Source: Gammaproteobacteria bacterium
GTDB lineage: Bacteria; Pseudomonadota; Gammaproteobacteria; Eutrophobiales; Eutrophobiaceae
Direction of reading: 5' to 3'
Assembly: GCA_965215365.1 (NCBI GenBank)
Contig: CBDCDS010000003.1
Coordinates: 352,001 to 416,000, forward strand
Length of the DNA stretch: 64,000 nucleotides
The position numbers and the translations under genes are program-made. The stretch's first letter is position 1, and each line of letters opens with the position of its first letter. The notes under the pieces were generated by a model. That model was not told where the DNA came from, searched no databases, and saw only the letters and a list, made by a program, of their open reading frames with translations. Below, piece by piece: positions 1 through 9,690 of the stretch.

Positions 1-1
1 C

Positions 2-769
2 AGTCGGCAACAACTTGCCGGGTGGCTGCTGCGTGGCGGCTATCCGGAAGTCATGGACAAAAGCGCCCGCGGCAGGCAGGTGTGGTTCAAATCCTATATG
101 GAAGGCCGGCTGTATAAGGATTTCGAAAACCTGTACGCAGCGCGTGGCGATTACCACTCGAAGCTGCGCGCTATGGCACCTTATCTCGCGGGCTTAAGCG
201 GCAACTTGTTGAAATACGCCAATCTTGCCAATGATCTGGAACTGAATGACAAACTGGTGAAGGACTATATCGAAATTCTCGAGTTGATGTTTATTATTCA
301 GCGGCTCCCGGCCTGGCTGAAAAATCGGGCGAAGCGAATGGCGACGCGCATGCCGAAAATTCATTTTGTCGATACTGGTCTGGCCTGCCATTTGCTGGGC
401 TTGCGCAACGAACGGCAGTTGCTGCAAAGCCAGTACTACGGAGGCCTGCTGGAGAACATGGTGTATATGGAATGCGTTAAACAGGCCTGCTGGGCCGGGG
501 AGGATGTTCGCCTGCACCACTTTCGCGATCAGCGGCAGCATGAGGTGGATATAGTGCTGGAACGCGCTGATACGACCGTTATCGGTATTGAAGTCAAGGC
601 CTCTGCCAGCGTAACCGCGGGTGATTTCAAGGGCTTGGCGGTACTGGCAGAACTGGCCGGCGCGCAGTTCGAGCGCGGCGTCCTGTTTTACACAGGCCAG
701 GAAGTACTGCCGTTTCGCTACCGGAATATGATTTTCCACGCGTTGCCGCTGGGCTTGTTGTTATGGTAA
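2..769 (+). CDS. AAA+ ATP-binding protein with C-terminal DUF4143 domain (5' partial)
   Basis: The frame is open from position 2 (SRQQLAGWLLRGGYPEVMD). It carries GGYPE, KIHFVDTGL, LLENMVYME and a C-terminal HEVDIV...IGIEVK nuclease-like motif typical of DUF4143 ATPases. Confidence 0.85.
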   Translation, partial: SRQQLAGWLLRGGYPEVMDKSARGRQVWFKSYMEGRLYKDFENLYAARGDYHSKLRAMAPYLAGLSGNLLKYANLANDLELNDKLVKDYIEILELMFIIQRLPAWLKNRAKRMATRMPKIHFVDTGLACHLLGLRNERQLLQSQYYGGLLENMVYMECVKQACWAGEDVRLHHFRDQRQHEVDIVLERADTTVIGIEVKASASVTAGDFKGLAVLAELAGAQFERGVLFYTGQEVLPFRYRNMIFHALPLGLLLW

Positions 770-931
770 CCTCTAAAAATACCCTTGCGGTCAGGTACCA
801 GCCCGCATACCTCGCCGATTGTTCCCGCTGACCTCGCTAAGTCACTTGTTACCATCTGCACTAACAGGATATACTTCAGGTTACTTTTTTCCGTTTTTGG
901 CAAAAAAGGCACAACCTGATTTTATATTTTC

Positions 932-2320
932 ATGCGAGCTAATCGTTGCGATTGCGTAATATCTGTGGCGTCAGTCGTGCTCTTTATGCTGGCGCCGCTG
1001 CCGACGCTGGCAGATGACCCACCGCCGCTTGAGTTAACACTGCAAGAAACGCTCGATCTGGCGCTGCAGAACAATCGACCGTTGCTCAACCGACGCCTGG
1101 ACCGGGAAGTAGAGCGCTTCTCGCTGGAAGTGACGGAGGATCGTTGGACGCCCCAGGCCACCATCCGTCCCTTCGCCCGTAAGGATCGACAGGATCACCA
1201 GACGGGTGTCAGCAGCCAGCTCAGCCTGCGCGTGCCGACCGGTGGTCAGTTCAGCCTGAGCTGGGACGAAAGAATGTCCGGTCAGTTCGGCAGTTCCCGG
1301 TCACAGGCATTGAGCTTTAACCAACCGTTGCTGCGGGGCGCCTGGATTGACATTGAGACGGCGCCGGTGCGTCAGGCCCGGCTGGGAGAAAAAGTCAGTA
1401 TTCTCTCTTTCCGGCAGGCACTGGAGAGCCTGATCATCTCGGTGATTGGCGCTTATCGCGCGCTCATCGGTTCGGGGCGGCAGGTGGAAATTGCCGAGAC
1501 CGCACTGCTGCGCGCCCGTGAGCAGCTGCAGGCCACGCGCGCGCTGATACGCGCCGGGCGCGTGGCGACGCGTGAAGCGGTGCGCGCAGAAGTGACCGTA
1601 GCCAACCGGGAGCTGTCCTTGACCCAGGCCCAGAACCGTCTGGATGCCACGAATTTCCGCCTGCTCGACATCTTGGAACTGGACAGTACAGTGCGCATCC
1701 AGCCGCTGGAAAAACTGCGGGCGGAGCCGATCCACCCCGTGTTCGAGGCGGTATTCGAAGAGGCCTTGCGCAAACGCCCGGACTATCTGCAAGCCGGCAT
1801 AGCCATCGACGCGGCCCACATTAACCTGGCGGTGGCGAAAAACAATCTGTTGCCGGATCTGTCCCTGGGAGTTAATTTGAGTGATAGTGACTCGGGACGC
1901 GGCGATGTGCAGGTGCAGCTGAATCTGGCTGTTCCCTTCAACGAACGTTCCCGCGACGTGAACCACATGCGTGCGCGCAACAACCTGCTCAAGGCTGAGA
2001 GAAACCAGGTGGAGCTGCGCACGGCTATTGAAGTGGCGGTGCGGCAGGCTGTGAATGACGTTGCCGTCGGATTGCGCCTGACGGAGCTGGCGCGCGGCGC
2101 GCGCGAGCTGGCAGAACAGAACTTAACTATTGAGCGTGAGAAATTCAACAATGGGTTATCGTCGTCCTTTGAGGTATCGGCTTCCGAGGACGAGCTGGTG
2201 AGTGCGGAACAGGCCGAAGTAAACTCAATCATTGCCTACCTCGATGTGCTGATACGGCTCGACCAGACCGCCGGCCGCACTTTGGAAAGTTGGGGCATTG
2301 CCGCGGAGAATTTGCCATGA
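932..2320 (+). CDS. TolC-family outer membrane efflux protein
   Basis: Signal peptide (LPTLA-DD), LTLQETLDLALQNN, FNQPLLRG, RPDYLQA, LLPDLSL and C-terminal EREKFNNGLSS helical repeats. Confidence 0.9.
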   Translation: MRANRCDCVISVASVVLFMLAPLPTLADDPPPLELTLQETLDLALQNNRPLLNRRLDREVERFSLEVTEDRWTPQATIRPFARKDRQDHQTGVSSQLSLRVPTGGQFSLSWDERMSGQFGSSRSQALSFNQPLLRGAWIDIETAPVRQARLGEKVSILSFRQALESLIISVIGAYRALIGSGRQVEIAETALLRAREQLQATRALIRAGRVATREAVRAEVTVANRELSLTQAQNRLDATNFRLLDILELDSTVRIQPLEKLRAEPIHPVFEAVFEEALRKRPDYLQAGIAIDAAHINLAVAKNNLLPDLSLGVNLSDSDSGRGDVQVQLNLAVPFNERSRDVNHMRARNNLLKAERNQVELRTAIEVAVRQAVNDVAVGLRLTELARGARELAEQNLTIEREKFNNGLSSSFEVSASEDELVSAEQAEVNSIIAYLDVLIRLDQTAGRTLESWGIAAENLP

Positions 2321-4095
2321 CAACATCTGAGCCCCGGGATATTTACCGCACCTTGCTGGAGAACCTGACCGACGGCGTGATGGTGGTCGATGCCGATGGG
2401 ACTGTGCGCCTTGCCAATCCCGCCCTGTGCCAGATATTCGGACTCAGCGCCGCAGAGGCGGTCGGGCGTGCTTTTGGGGAGATTTTTGTCACGTTTGAGG
2501 GCTTTGACGACTTCGTCGAGATCGTGCTGGAGGCCATTACCGAGCAGGGCGGCATCAAGCGTCGCGTGGTGAGTGTGCGCAGCGACGACGAAGTGCGCTC
2601 GTTGTCGGTAACAACCTCGTATCTGCTGGCCGGCGACGCGCAACAGACCGGGCAGGCCGCAGTGATTGCCGTGGTCGCGGACATTACCGAAGTCAAGGAG
2701 CTGCGCGAAGCCGAGCTGCGTATGGCCAGCGTGGTGGAGGAACAGCTTGCCGAGTTGCAAGTGGCTTACCGGGATATCGAGACCCGCAACGACGACCTGT
2801 CGCTGATGATGAAGCGGGTGCAGACCACGCGTGGCATGGCGGCGGTGCTGGTGGTCGGGGCATTTCTGATCATTGGCGGCTGGTACCTGCAGCCACTGGA
2901 CTGGTTCGGCGATAACGCTGCCGCGCCGGTTCAATCCGGTACCGAGTCCGTTGACCCGCAGTCGCTGCCGACTCGGGTGGTCGAACCCAGCGAGTTTCGC
3001 TCGACGCTGTCGCTACTTGGCCGTCTGGAGCCGGGCCATGTTGAAAAGATCGTCAGTCCGGTCGAGGGCCACATCAGCACGGTGCACGTCAGTCGCGGCC
3101 AGCGGGTGGCAGCCGGCGACCCGTTGGTCGAGCTTGATACCGGCCAGCTCGCCATGGAGCATCGGCGCGCACAGGTTGAGCAGATCCAGGCGCGTAACCG
3201 GCTGAGCGAGCTCGAGGACTGGGACCGCGGCGCCGAGATGACGCGCTCCCGGCGCGCGCTGCGACGCGCCAAAATAGCAGTGGATGAAGCGCAGAATGAG
3301 CTTAAGGAAACCACGTTCCTGCTGGAGCAGGGAATCGTCCCGGCGTCCCAACACAAGCAGGCGCAACAGCGCTACCAGAGCAGTCAACTGGACTACGAGG
3401 AGGCTGAACGGCAACTGCAGGCGACGCAGGAAAAGGGCAATGAAGAAGCCCGGCAGGTGGCGCGCCTGGAGTTTGAGAACGCCAGTAGCCGCTTGCAGGA
3501 GCACGAGGACAAACTGGGTCTGGCCACGATCAAAGCGCCGCTGGCCGGGGCGGTCATCATCAGTGACGATGCGCGCGGCAAACCGCTGGAAAAAGGCCGC
3601 CCGGTGTCACAGGGAGAATTGCTGTTAAGCATCGCCGACCTAGAGCGCTTCGCGGCACAGACCAGTGTTGATGAGGTAAACGTAAGCAAGGTTGAGGTGG
3701 GTCAACAGGCTTTGATCACCGGCCCCGGATTTCCCGGCGCGCAAATCGACGGAGCGGTTACGCAGGTGTCCGCGCGCGCGGCCAGGGCGCAGCGCAACAC
3801 CCCGCAATTCGAGGTGACGGTGGGCATGGCACGGGTGCCGCCGGCAATCCGTGCGCAGTTGCGTGTCGGCATGACTGCGCACATCACTATCGTTGTGTAC
3901 AGTGACCCGGAGGCATTATTGGTTCCGCTCGCTGCAGTCAGTCATGCCGATGGCGCCAACTGGTTGCAGGTTATCGATAGCAACACCGGCTCGGCGCAGC
4001 GGCGTCAGGTCGAACTTGGCCGCACCACCATCGATTCGGTCGAAGTGCTGCAAGGGCTTGCAGCCGGCGAGAAAATCATCGCGATGTCACAATGA
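2317..4095 (+). CDS. Periplasmic adaptor (MFP/MacA-like) with N-terminal PAS domain
   Basis: ATGA overlap with the TolC stop. N-terminal PAS motifs (LLENLTDGVMVVDADGTVRLANPALCQIFG...DITE), a coiled coil and one TM segment, then MFP motifs (SPVEGHI...VSRGQRVAAGDPLVEL, IKAPLAG, VDEVNVSKVEVGQ, LRVGMTA). Confidence 0.88.
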   Translation: MTTSEPRDIYRTLLENLTDGVMVVDADGTVRLANPALCQIFGLSAAEAVGRAFGEIFVTFEGFDDFVEIVLEAITEQGGIKRRVVSVRSDDEVRSLSVTTSYLLAGDAQQTGQAAVIAVVADITEVKELREAELRMASVVEEQLAELQVAYRDIETRNDDLSLMMKRVQTTRGMAAVLVVGAFLIIGGWYLQPLDWFGDNAAAPVQSGTESVDPQSLPTRVVEPSEFRSTLSLLGRLEPGHVEKIVSPVEGHISTVHVSRGQRVAAGDPLVELDTGQLAMEHRRAQVEQIQARNRLSELEDWDRGAEMTRSRRALRRAKIAVDEAQNELKETTFLLEQGIVPASQHKQAQQRYQSSQLDYEEAERQLQATQEKGNEEARQVARLEFENASSRLQEHEDKLGLATIKAPLAGAVIISDDARGKPLEKGRPVSQGELLLSIADLERFAAQTSVDEVNVSKVEVGQQALITGPGFPGAQIDGAVTQVSARAARAQRNTPQFEVTVGMARVPPAIRAQLRVGMTAHITIVVYSDPEALLVPLAAVSHADGANWLQVIDSNTGSAQRRQVELGRTTIDSVEVLQGLAAGEKIIAMSQ

Positions 4096-4164
4096 CCGCA
4101 TTCCGCTCATCCCGCCAAGTCCCTTGTCGCGGTCTGCAACACTGCCGCCGGCAGGCGCCCCGTC

Positions 4165-4914
4165 ATGCTGCATCTGGTTGATGTGCGCAAGTCCTACCGG
4201 GCCGGGCCGACCACCAGGGAAGTCCTGCAAGGCATCGACCTGAAGGTCGGCGCCGGCGACCTGATATCGATCATGGGGGCTTCGGGCAGCGGTAAAACCA
4301 CGCTGATGAATCTCATCGGTCTGCTCGACCGTCCCACCTCCGGTGCCTGTTTCCTGAATGAACGCGATGTCTCCAGGCTGGCGGATGACGAGCTGTCGGC
4401 CCTGCGTAATGCCCACATCGGGTTTGTATTCCAGTCGTTTCACCTGTTGCCGCGGCTGACGGCCATTGAGAATGTGTGTCTGCCACTCGTGTACCGGGGG
4501 CTGCGGCGCGCGGACATGCAGCAGCGGGCGCAAGCCATGCTGGCGGGCGTCGGCATGGCGGACTGGAGTCAGCAGCGCCCCGGGCAACTTTCAGGCGGCC
4601 AGAAACAACGGGTTGCCATCGCCCGCGCGCTGGTGGGAGAGCCGGCGCTGCTGCTTGCCGACGAGCCTACCGGTGCCCTAGACGCAGATACCGCCGCCGA
4701 GGTTATGGCGTTACTGCTGGAGCTGAACGAGCAACAGGGGGTGACCATCCTGATCATCACCCATGACCCGTCGGTTGCGCGCCGCTGTAAGCGTCGGCTG
4801 CGTATCAGCAAGGGGGTGTTACTGGAAACAGAGCGCCATCAGGTTGCCGGCGCCCATGCCGAGCGGCCGGAGCCGGAAGCGACTGACGCGGCCATGGCGG
4901 ACTTGCAAGCATGA
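4165..4914 (+). CDS. ABC transporter ATP-binding protein (MacB/LolD-like)
   Basis: Walker A GASGSGKT, GFVFQSFHL, signature LSGGQKQR, Walker B LLADEPTGALD, H-loop ITHD. Confidence 0.95.
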   Translation: MLHLVDVRKSYRAGPTTREVLQGIDLKVGAGDLISIMGASGSGKTTLMNLIGLLDRPTSGACFLNERDVSRLADDELSALRNAHIGFVFQSFHLLPRLTAIENVCLPLVYRGLRRADMQQRAQAMLAGVGMADWSQQRPGQLSGGQKQRVAIARALVGEPALLLADEPTGALDADTAAEVMALLLELNEQQGVTILIITHDPSVARRCKRRLRISKGVLLETERHQVAGAHAERPEPEATDAAMADLQA

Positions 4915-6143
4915 CATCCCGCGCCGGGGCGCTGTCCAGACTGCTGGCAGTCCTGCGTGGTAATGCCCGGGAAGCGATTGATAGCCTGCGCAAGGCGCGC
5001 CTGCGCACCGCACTGGGACTGGTCGGTATCATGATCGGCATCTCCTCCGTCATCACCATGGTGTCCCTAGGCGAGATTGCCAAGGAAATGGCGCGCAAGC
5101 AATTCGAGGCGCTCGGCACCGACATCCTGGTTATTCGGCCATCGTTTGCGGGCTTGACCTCCGGGAGCGGGGCGCTACTCAACCTGTCGGACGCCATGGT
5201 GCTGGCGCCACAGACATCGTCGATTACCATAGCTGCGCCCAGAATCTCAGGCTATGGAAATTTTCTCCATGCCGGCAAGCAAGTCGGCAACGGCAACATG
5301 CAGGGTGTCAGCGCCTCGTTTGCCCGCGTGAACAAGTTATCCCTGCAGCAGGGGCGTTTCATCTCGGACCTGGATGTGGACCGCTACTACTGTGTCATCG
5401 GCGCCGGCATTGCCGAGGCGATGCGCGCCGCCGGCGTCTATCAACCCATCGGCCGACTGCTGGAGATTGATAGTACGCTGTTTACCATCGTCGGCGTGTT
5501 GAACGGGATGGTGGAGAATTACGTGTTGCCGATACAGGTGAGCGCCAACGAATCGGTGTTTGTGCCGATTACCACGGCCGGCCGCATCGTCCCCGATGCG
5601 CGCATCGACGTAGTGATCGCCCGTTCAGCCGCAGAAGTTGATTACCGCACCGCAACGGAAGATGTGCGCGCATTCTTCCGCAGCAGGGCGCCCGAACTCG
5701 ATCTCGAGATCATTACCGCGCAGGAATTGATTGCCCGTATGGAAGAACAGATGCAGATTATGACCCTGCTGCTGGGCGCGGTGGGCAGCATCTCCCTGAT
5801 CGTCGGCGGGGTCGGGGTGATGAACATCATGCTGGTATCCGTCGCCGAGCGCCGCCGGGAAATAGCCATCCGCCGCGCGCTGGGCGCGCGCCGGCGCGAC
5901 ATCCAGAGCCAGTTCCTGATCGAATCCGTCATTCTGACGGTGGCAGGCGGCGTGCTGGGCATCATCCTGGGCCTGCTTGCAACCTGGGGCATTTGCCGGT
6001 TTACCGGCTGGGACTACCTTATCTCGACCGTATCCATGGCCAGCGGGCTCGTTACTGCGACAGCCGTCGGCCTGTTCTTCGGTTTCCAGCCGGCCCGTCA
6101 GGCCGCCCGCCTCGACCCGGTGGCCGGTCTGCAAGCGGATTAA
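4911..6143 (+). CDS. MacB-family ABC transporter permease
   Basis: LRTALGLVGIMIGI N-terminus; ISLIVGGVGVMNIMLVSVAERRREIAIRRALGA; PARQAARLDPV C-terminus. Confidence 0.93.
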   Translation: MTSRAGALSRLLAVLRGNAREAIDSLRKARLRTALGLVGIMIGISSVITMVSLGEIAKEMARKQFEALGTDILVIRPSFAGLTSGSGALLNLSDAMVLAPQTSSITIAAPRISGYGNFLHAGKQVGNGNMQGVSASFARVNKLSLQQGRFISDLDVDRYYCVIGAGIAEAMRAAGVYQPIGRLLEIDSTLFTIVGVLNGMVENYVLPIQVSANESVFVPITTAGRIVPDARIDVVIARSAAEVDYRTATEDVRAFFRSRAPELDLEIITAQELIARMEEQMQIMTLLLGAVGSISLIVGGVGVMNIMLVSVAERRREIAIRRALGARRRDIQSQFLIESVILTVAGGVLGIILGLLATWGICRFTGWDYLISTVSMASGLVTATAVGLFFGFQPARQAARLDPVAGLQAD

Positions 6144-6309
6144 CCCGCATATCTCACCAAGCAGCCAGTTGCCCCGCAGCTGTTGGCTAACGCAGGGAAA
6201 TATAGTCGCGGGGATTGACGTTGCTACCGTTTTTGACAACCTCAAAATGGACATGGGCACCCGTGCTGCGGCCAGTACTGCCCATGAGCGCGATGGTCTG
6301 GCCTTTTTC
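6135..6309. repeat. Long target-site duplication, left copy (~175 bp)
   Basis: Identical to 8202-8376 by direct comparison (offset 2067). Confidence 0.95.
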
Positions 6310-8201
6310 CCGACTTCGACGGTTTATTTCTCTAACTGATTGATTTTATTGAAGGCGCGTTGACCCGTAGGCACTACAATTGCCTTGTTTCGGCGTTCTC
6401 AGGGGCGGGCTATTTGAGCTCGTAGGGGGTGGTGGAGTGACTCAATCCCATGATTTTGTAGAGGCGCCGGGCGGTTTCACTGATGGCGGAGGGAATCACG
6501 TAGCGGCGGTGTGTCTGTTGATGTGTCAGGACACTGTGCTGCACGTGGGCCAGCGCGTTGCGGATGACTTCGGGGGAGACCGGCTTGGCTTGCAGGGTCA
6601 TGCGGTATTGCAGGTGTCGGACACAGAGCAGGGACATAAAGGCGATGGCGATGTGGGCTTCGATGCGTCGGGGGGTCCAGTGGTAGATGGGTCTTATCTT
6701 GAGATCGTGCTTACTTACCCGGAAGGTATCTTCGACCTGCCACAGGCCGCGATACTGGCTTAAGATGGCGGGGGCGGTGGTAGATGTTGGCAGGTTGGTG
6801 ATAACCCCGTGCAGGCCGTCCCAGCGTTGTGCTTGGGCAATTTTATCGGGGTTGACGCTGAGGGTACTGTTGCCGTCTACCTTGAGGTATTTCTTATAAC
6901 CGTAGTTGTTGAGCAGGTCTTTGGGGTTTTGGCTTTTGGCCAGTTTCTCACGGAGCTTGGCGATGGCCTGGTCGCGGTCATGCCGGTCTTTCTCGGCACG
7001 CACTGGGGAGTAGCCCACCACCAGACGGCGGGAGTCGTGGGGTAGGTCCGCCACCCGCAGTCCGTCGCTATCTGTCAGGGTCTCATAGCGGTCTTCATCG
7101 AGCACTTGGGTTTGCAGGGCGTGCGGCAGGGACTTGAGTCGGGCACCGACGATGTAGTGCAGGCCGGCGTCCTCTAAGGCGCTGAGGTTATCCCTGCTCA
7201 GCAGCCCCCGGTCGGCAACGACCACGGCGTTGTCGGCCTGACAGTCGGTTTGTAAGGCTTTGACCACCGGGATGAGGCTGTGTCCCTCGAAGGTGGCGCC
7301 GGGCAGCACGGTGTAGCGCACGGGCAGGCCGGTGTCGGTGACGGCCAGGGCCAGCAGCACCTGGCATTCTTTGAACTTGGCGTCTTTGCTGTAGCCGGGT
7401 TGTTTGAGCTCATCGTCGGTGAATGATTCAAAGTACAAGGTGGTGCAATCGAAGAACAGCACGCGTAGCGGCCCGCCGAGCAGCGCCCGGGCTTGGGTCT
7501 CGGCCAGGGTATTGAGGCGTTCGATACAGGCCGCATCGAGCAAGTCCATCATGCGGTAGATTTGGGGCAGGGACACTTGCACGCCGAAGTCGGCTGTCAG
7601 GGCGCGCACACTGGCCCGTTTGCTGTCCGGGTTGGCTAGGCGCGCCATCACCGTATGGAACAGCGCTTTGTGCGAGGCCCGGTAGCGCCAGGCTGGCAGC
7701 AACCGGGACAGCCCTAAGTCCTCGTACACGGCGCCGTACACCGCATGGATGCCGCTGATGACACGCTGGGTTTCCCGCAGGGCTTTGAGCTCGACTTTCA
7801 GCGGTGAGTCGTCCTGCCGGGCGCGGGCGGCGCTGAGTTGCTCGGCGACATCTTCGGGCGGGAACAGCTCGGGCTGGGTCTCGGCCTGAAGTTTGGCTTT
7901 GACCACTTCGGCTAAGTCTTTGAGCCGGACGAGCTCGTCTTCATCGAAGGCAATACCGATATGGCGCACAATGCGCTGGCGCACGGCCTTGCCGTCACGC
8001 ACTGACTCGACGAGTTGTACGGATTGACGCGGGCTGTTGGGGGTGGTTTTGACGCGCACGAACATAGCCCGGAGGATACCACGCGCCGCCCACAATGTCA
8101 AGCTACAAATATCAACTAGGCACTACAACTGCCTGCTCCAAAACACGTTTTGATTTACAAGAGATTTTCAGATAAAGTAAGCACCAGACCGTCGAAGTCG
8201 G
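6310..8201 (-). mobile_element. IS1634-family insertion sequence
   Basis: Terminal inverted repeats (C)CCGACTTCGACGGT (6309-6323) and ACCGTCGAAGTCGG(G) (8188-8202), a single DDE transposase gene and long flanking direct repeats. The boundary is ambiguous by 1 bp at each end. Confidence 0.92.
6410..8065 (-). CDS. IS1634-family DDE transposase
   Basis: MFVRVKTT start; FFDCTTLYFES, GYSKD, VVADRGL and YRGLWQVEDTFRVSKHDLKIRPIYHW motifs. Confidence 0.93.
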   Translation of the reverse strand: MFVRVKTTPNSPRQSVQLVESVRDGKAVRQRIVRHIGIAFDEDELVRLKDLAEVVKAKLQAETQPELFPPEDVAEQLSAARARQDDSPLKVELKALRETQRVISGIHAVYGAVYEDLGLSRLLPAWRYRASHKALFHTVMARLANPDSKRASVRALTADFGVQVSLPQIYRMMDLLDAACIERLNTLAETQARALLGGPLRVLFFDCTTLYFESFTDDELKQPGYSKDAKFKECQVLLALAVTDTGLPVRYTVLPGATFEGHSLIPVVKALQTDCQADNAVVVADRGLLSRDNLSALEDAGLHYIVGARLKSLPHALQTQVLDEDRYETLTDSDGLRVADLPHDSRRLVVGYSPVRAEKDRHDRDQAIAKLREKLAKSQNPKDLLNNYGYKKYLKVDGNSTLSVNPDKIAQAQRWDGLHGVITNLPTSTTAPAILSQYRGLWQVEDTFRVSKHDLKIRPIYHWTPRRIEAHIAIAFMSLLCVRHLQYRMTLQAKPVSPEVIRNALAHVQHSVLTHQQTHRRYVIPSAISETARRLYKIMGLSHSTTPYELK

Positions 8202-8376
8202 GCGGATTAACCCGCATATCTCACCAAGCAGCCAGTTGCCCCGCAGCTGTTGGCTAACGCAGGGAAATATAGTCGCGGGGATTGACGTTGCTACCGTTTT
8301 TGACAACCTCAAAATGGACATGGGCACCCGTGCTGCGGCCAGTACTGCCCATGAGCGCGATGGTCTGGCCTTTTTC
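8202..8376. repeat. Long target-site duplication, right copy
   Basis: Identical to 6135-6309. Contains the 3' end of the M23 peptidase gene. Confidence 0.95.
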
Positions 8377-9138
8377 AACGCGCTCGCCGACATTGACGAG
8401 GTTCTCCTTGTTATGGGCATAACGGGTCATGTAACCATTGCCGTGGCTGATCTCAACCATGTTGCCGTAGCCCTTGTAGCGACCCGACCAGGTGACGATG
8501 CCGGAGGCGATGGACGTGACCGCCATACCGACCCTGCCGGCCATATCAATACCCGGATGAAACGCTCTGCGCCCGGATATGGGATCGGCCCGGTAGCCGA
8601 ACGATGATGAAATCCAGCCCCCCTGCGCCGGGTTGCCCAGCGGCAGTGCCTGGGATTGCAGGTCTCTGCCCATAAGCATGGTCTCCATTGCCGACAACTT
8701 ATCCTGGCGATCCTGCAGGGCAAATTCCAACTGGTTCAGAGAGGTCAGAAAATCATAAGAAGACAAGCTCTGCGGTGCCTCATCGAGACGCGCCTGCGGC
8801 CCGCCCAGACCGGGCGGACTCTCCAGCCCGAACTCGATGTCCTCCAGTTGCGTCAGGTCTGCCAAGCGGGCACCTAAGGCATCCAGCCTTAGCACGTGGC
8901 TCTGCATCAGGCTCAGACGCCCGGCCATGGCAGCCAGGGCCGTCTGCGTCTCTCCTTTTACCTCTTCGAGCACCTGCACCTGCTCTGCAATAGCCTGCTT
9001 GTGCAGGTAGGCACCGCGTAAATCTGCAACATATCCGAACAACGCAACAACCGCCACCAGCACCACCACGGCACTGCCCCAACCAACCGACAGGTGCAAC
9101 GGCTTTTTTCTGTTGCGCGGAAAGATTATAATCTGCAT
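8254..9138 (-). CDS. M23 family metallopeptidase
   Basis: N-terminal TM, coiled coil, HPGID, YAH and STGAHVHFEV motifs; usual position downstream of lpxC/DUF721. Confidence 0.92.
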   Translation of the reverse strand: MQIIIFPRNRKKPLHLSVGWGSAVVVLVAVVALFGYVADLRGAYLHKQAIAEQVQVLEEVKGETQTALAAMAGRLSLMQSHVLRLDALGARLADLTQLEDIEFGLESPPGLGGPQARLDEAPQSLSSYDFLTSLNQLEFALQDRQDKLSAMETMLMGRDLQSQALPLGNPAQGGWISSSFGYRADPISGRRAFHPGIDMAGRVGMAVTSIASGIVTWSGRYKGYGNMVEISHGNGYMTRYAHNKENLVNVGERVEKGQTIALMGSTGRSTGAHVHFEVVKNGSNVNPRDYISLR

Positions 9139-9146
9139 GGTCTAAA

Positions 9147-9635
9147 ATGCCCACGCTGATTCAGACAATGATTAACCCGCATAGCTCGCCAATTCACTCA
9201 CTTGCTGACATTGTTACCGCGTCAGGCAGATTGTCGCAAATTCTTGATCATATAGAAAATATAAACAGATTACAAGCAAAATTATCCAAATATCTGGAGG
9301 CTCCGCTGAATCAGCATGTGGTGGTAGCAGATTACCGGCAACAAACGCTGGTGCTGCATGCCGACAGCGCGGCCTGGACTACCCGCCTGCGTTACCGCAC
9401 GCGTGAACTGCTTGCGGTTTTCAAAACCGAGCTTCCCGAACTGTGCACCATCCATATTAAAAATTGCCCCCCGGCACCCTCCCGCCAACCGACCCGTCAG
9501 GCCGTCAGAGTCACGCCGAAGGCGGCCGGCGCGCTGCGCGCGGCGGCGGACAGCATTGCCGACCCCTCCCTGCGCCGCGCGTTACTGAAAATAGCCGCTA
9601 CTGCAACTGCTTGTTCCGCCACAGAGAACACCTGA
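9147..9635 (+). CDS. DUF721 / DciA-like protein
   Basis: LVLHADSAAWTTRLRY motif, C-terminal DPSLRRALLKIA; usual position between lpxC and M23. Confidence 0.8.
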   Translation: MPTLIQTMINPHSSPIHSLADIVTASGRLSQILDHIENINRLQAKLSKYLEAPLNQHVVVADYRQQTLVLHADSAAWTTRLRYRTRELLAVFKTELPELCTIHIKNCPPAPSRQPTRQAVRVTPKAAGALRAAADSIADPSLRRALLKIAATATACSATENT

Positions 9636-9690
9636 GGGGCAACGGCCACCTCTGATTTTTGGAAATTTTTCAGCGGCTCTGAGGGCCGGC

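Noticed and set aside
932-6143. Exporter as the type I secretion system for the RTX protein
   Set aside because: The ABC components are MacB/LolD-type (separate ATPase, 4-TM permease), not HlyB/PrtD-type.
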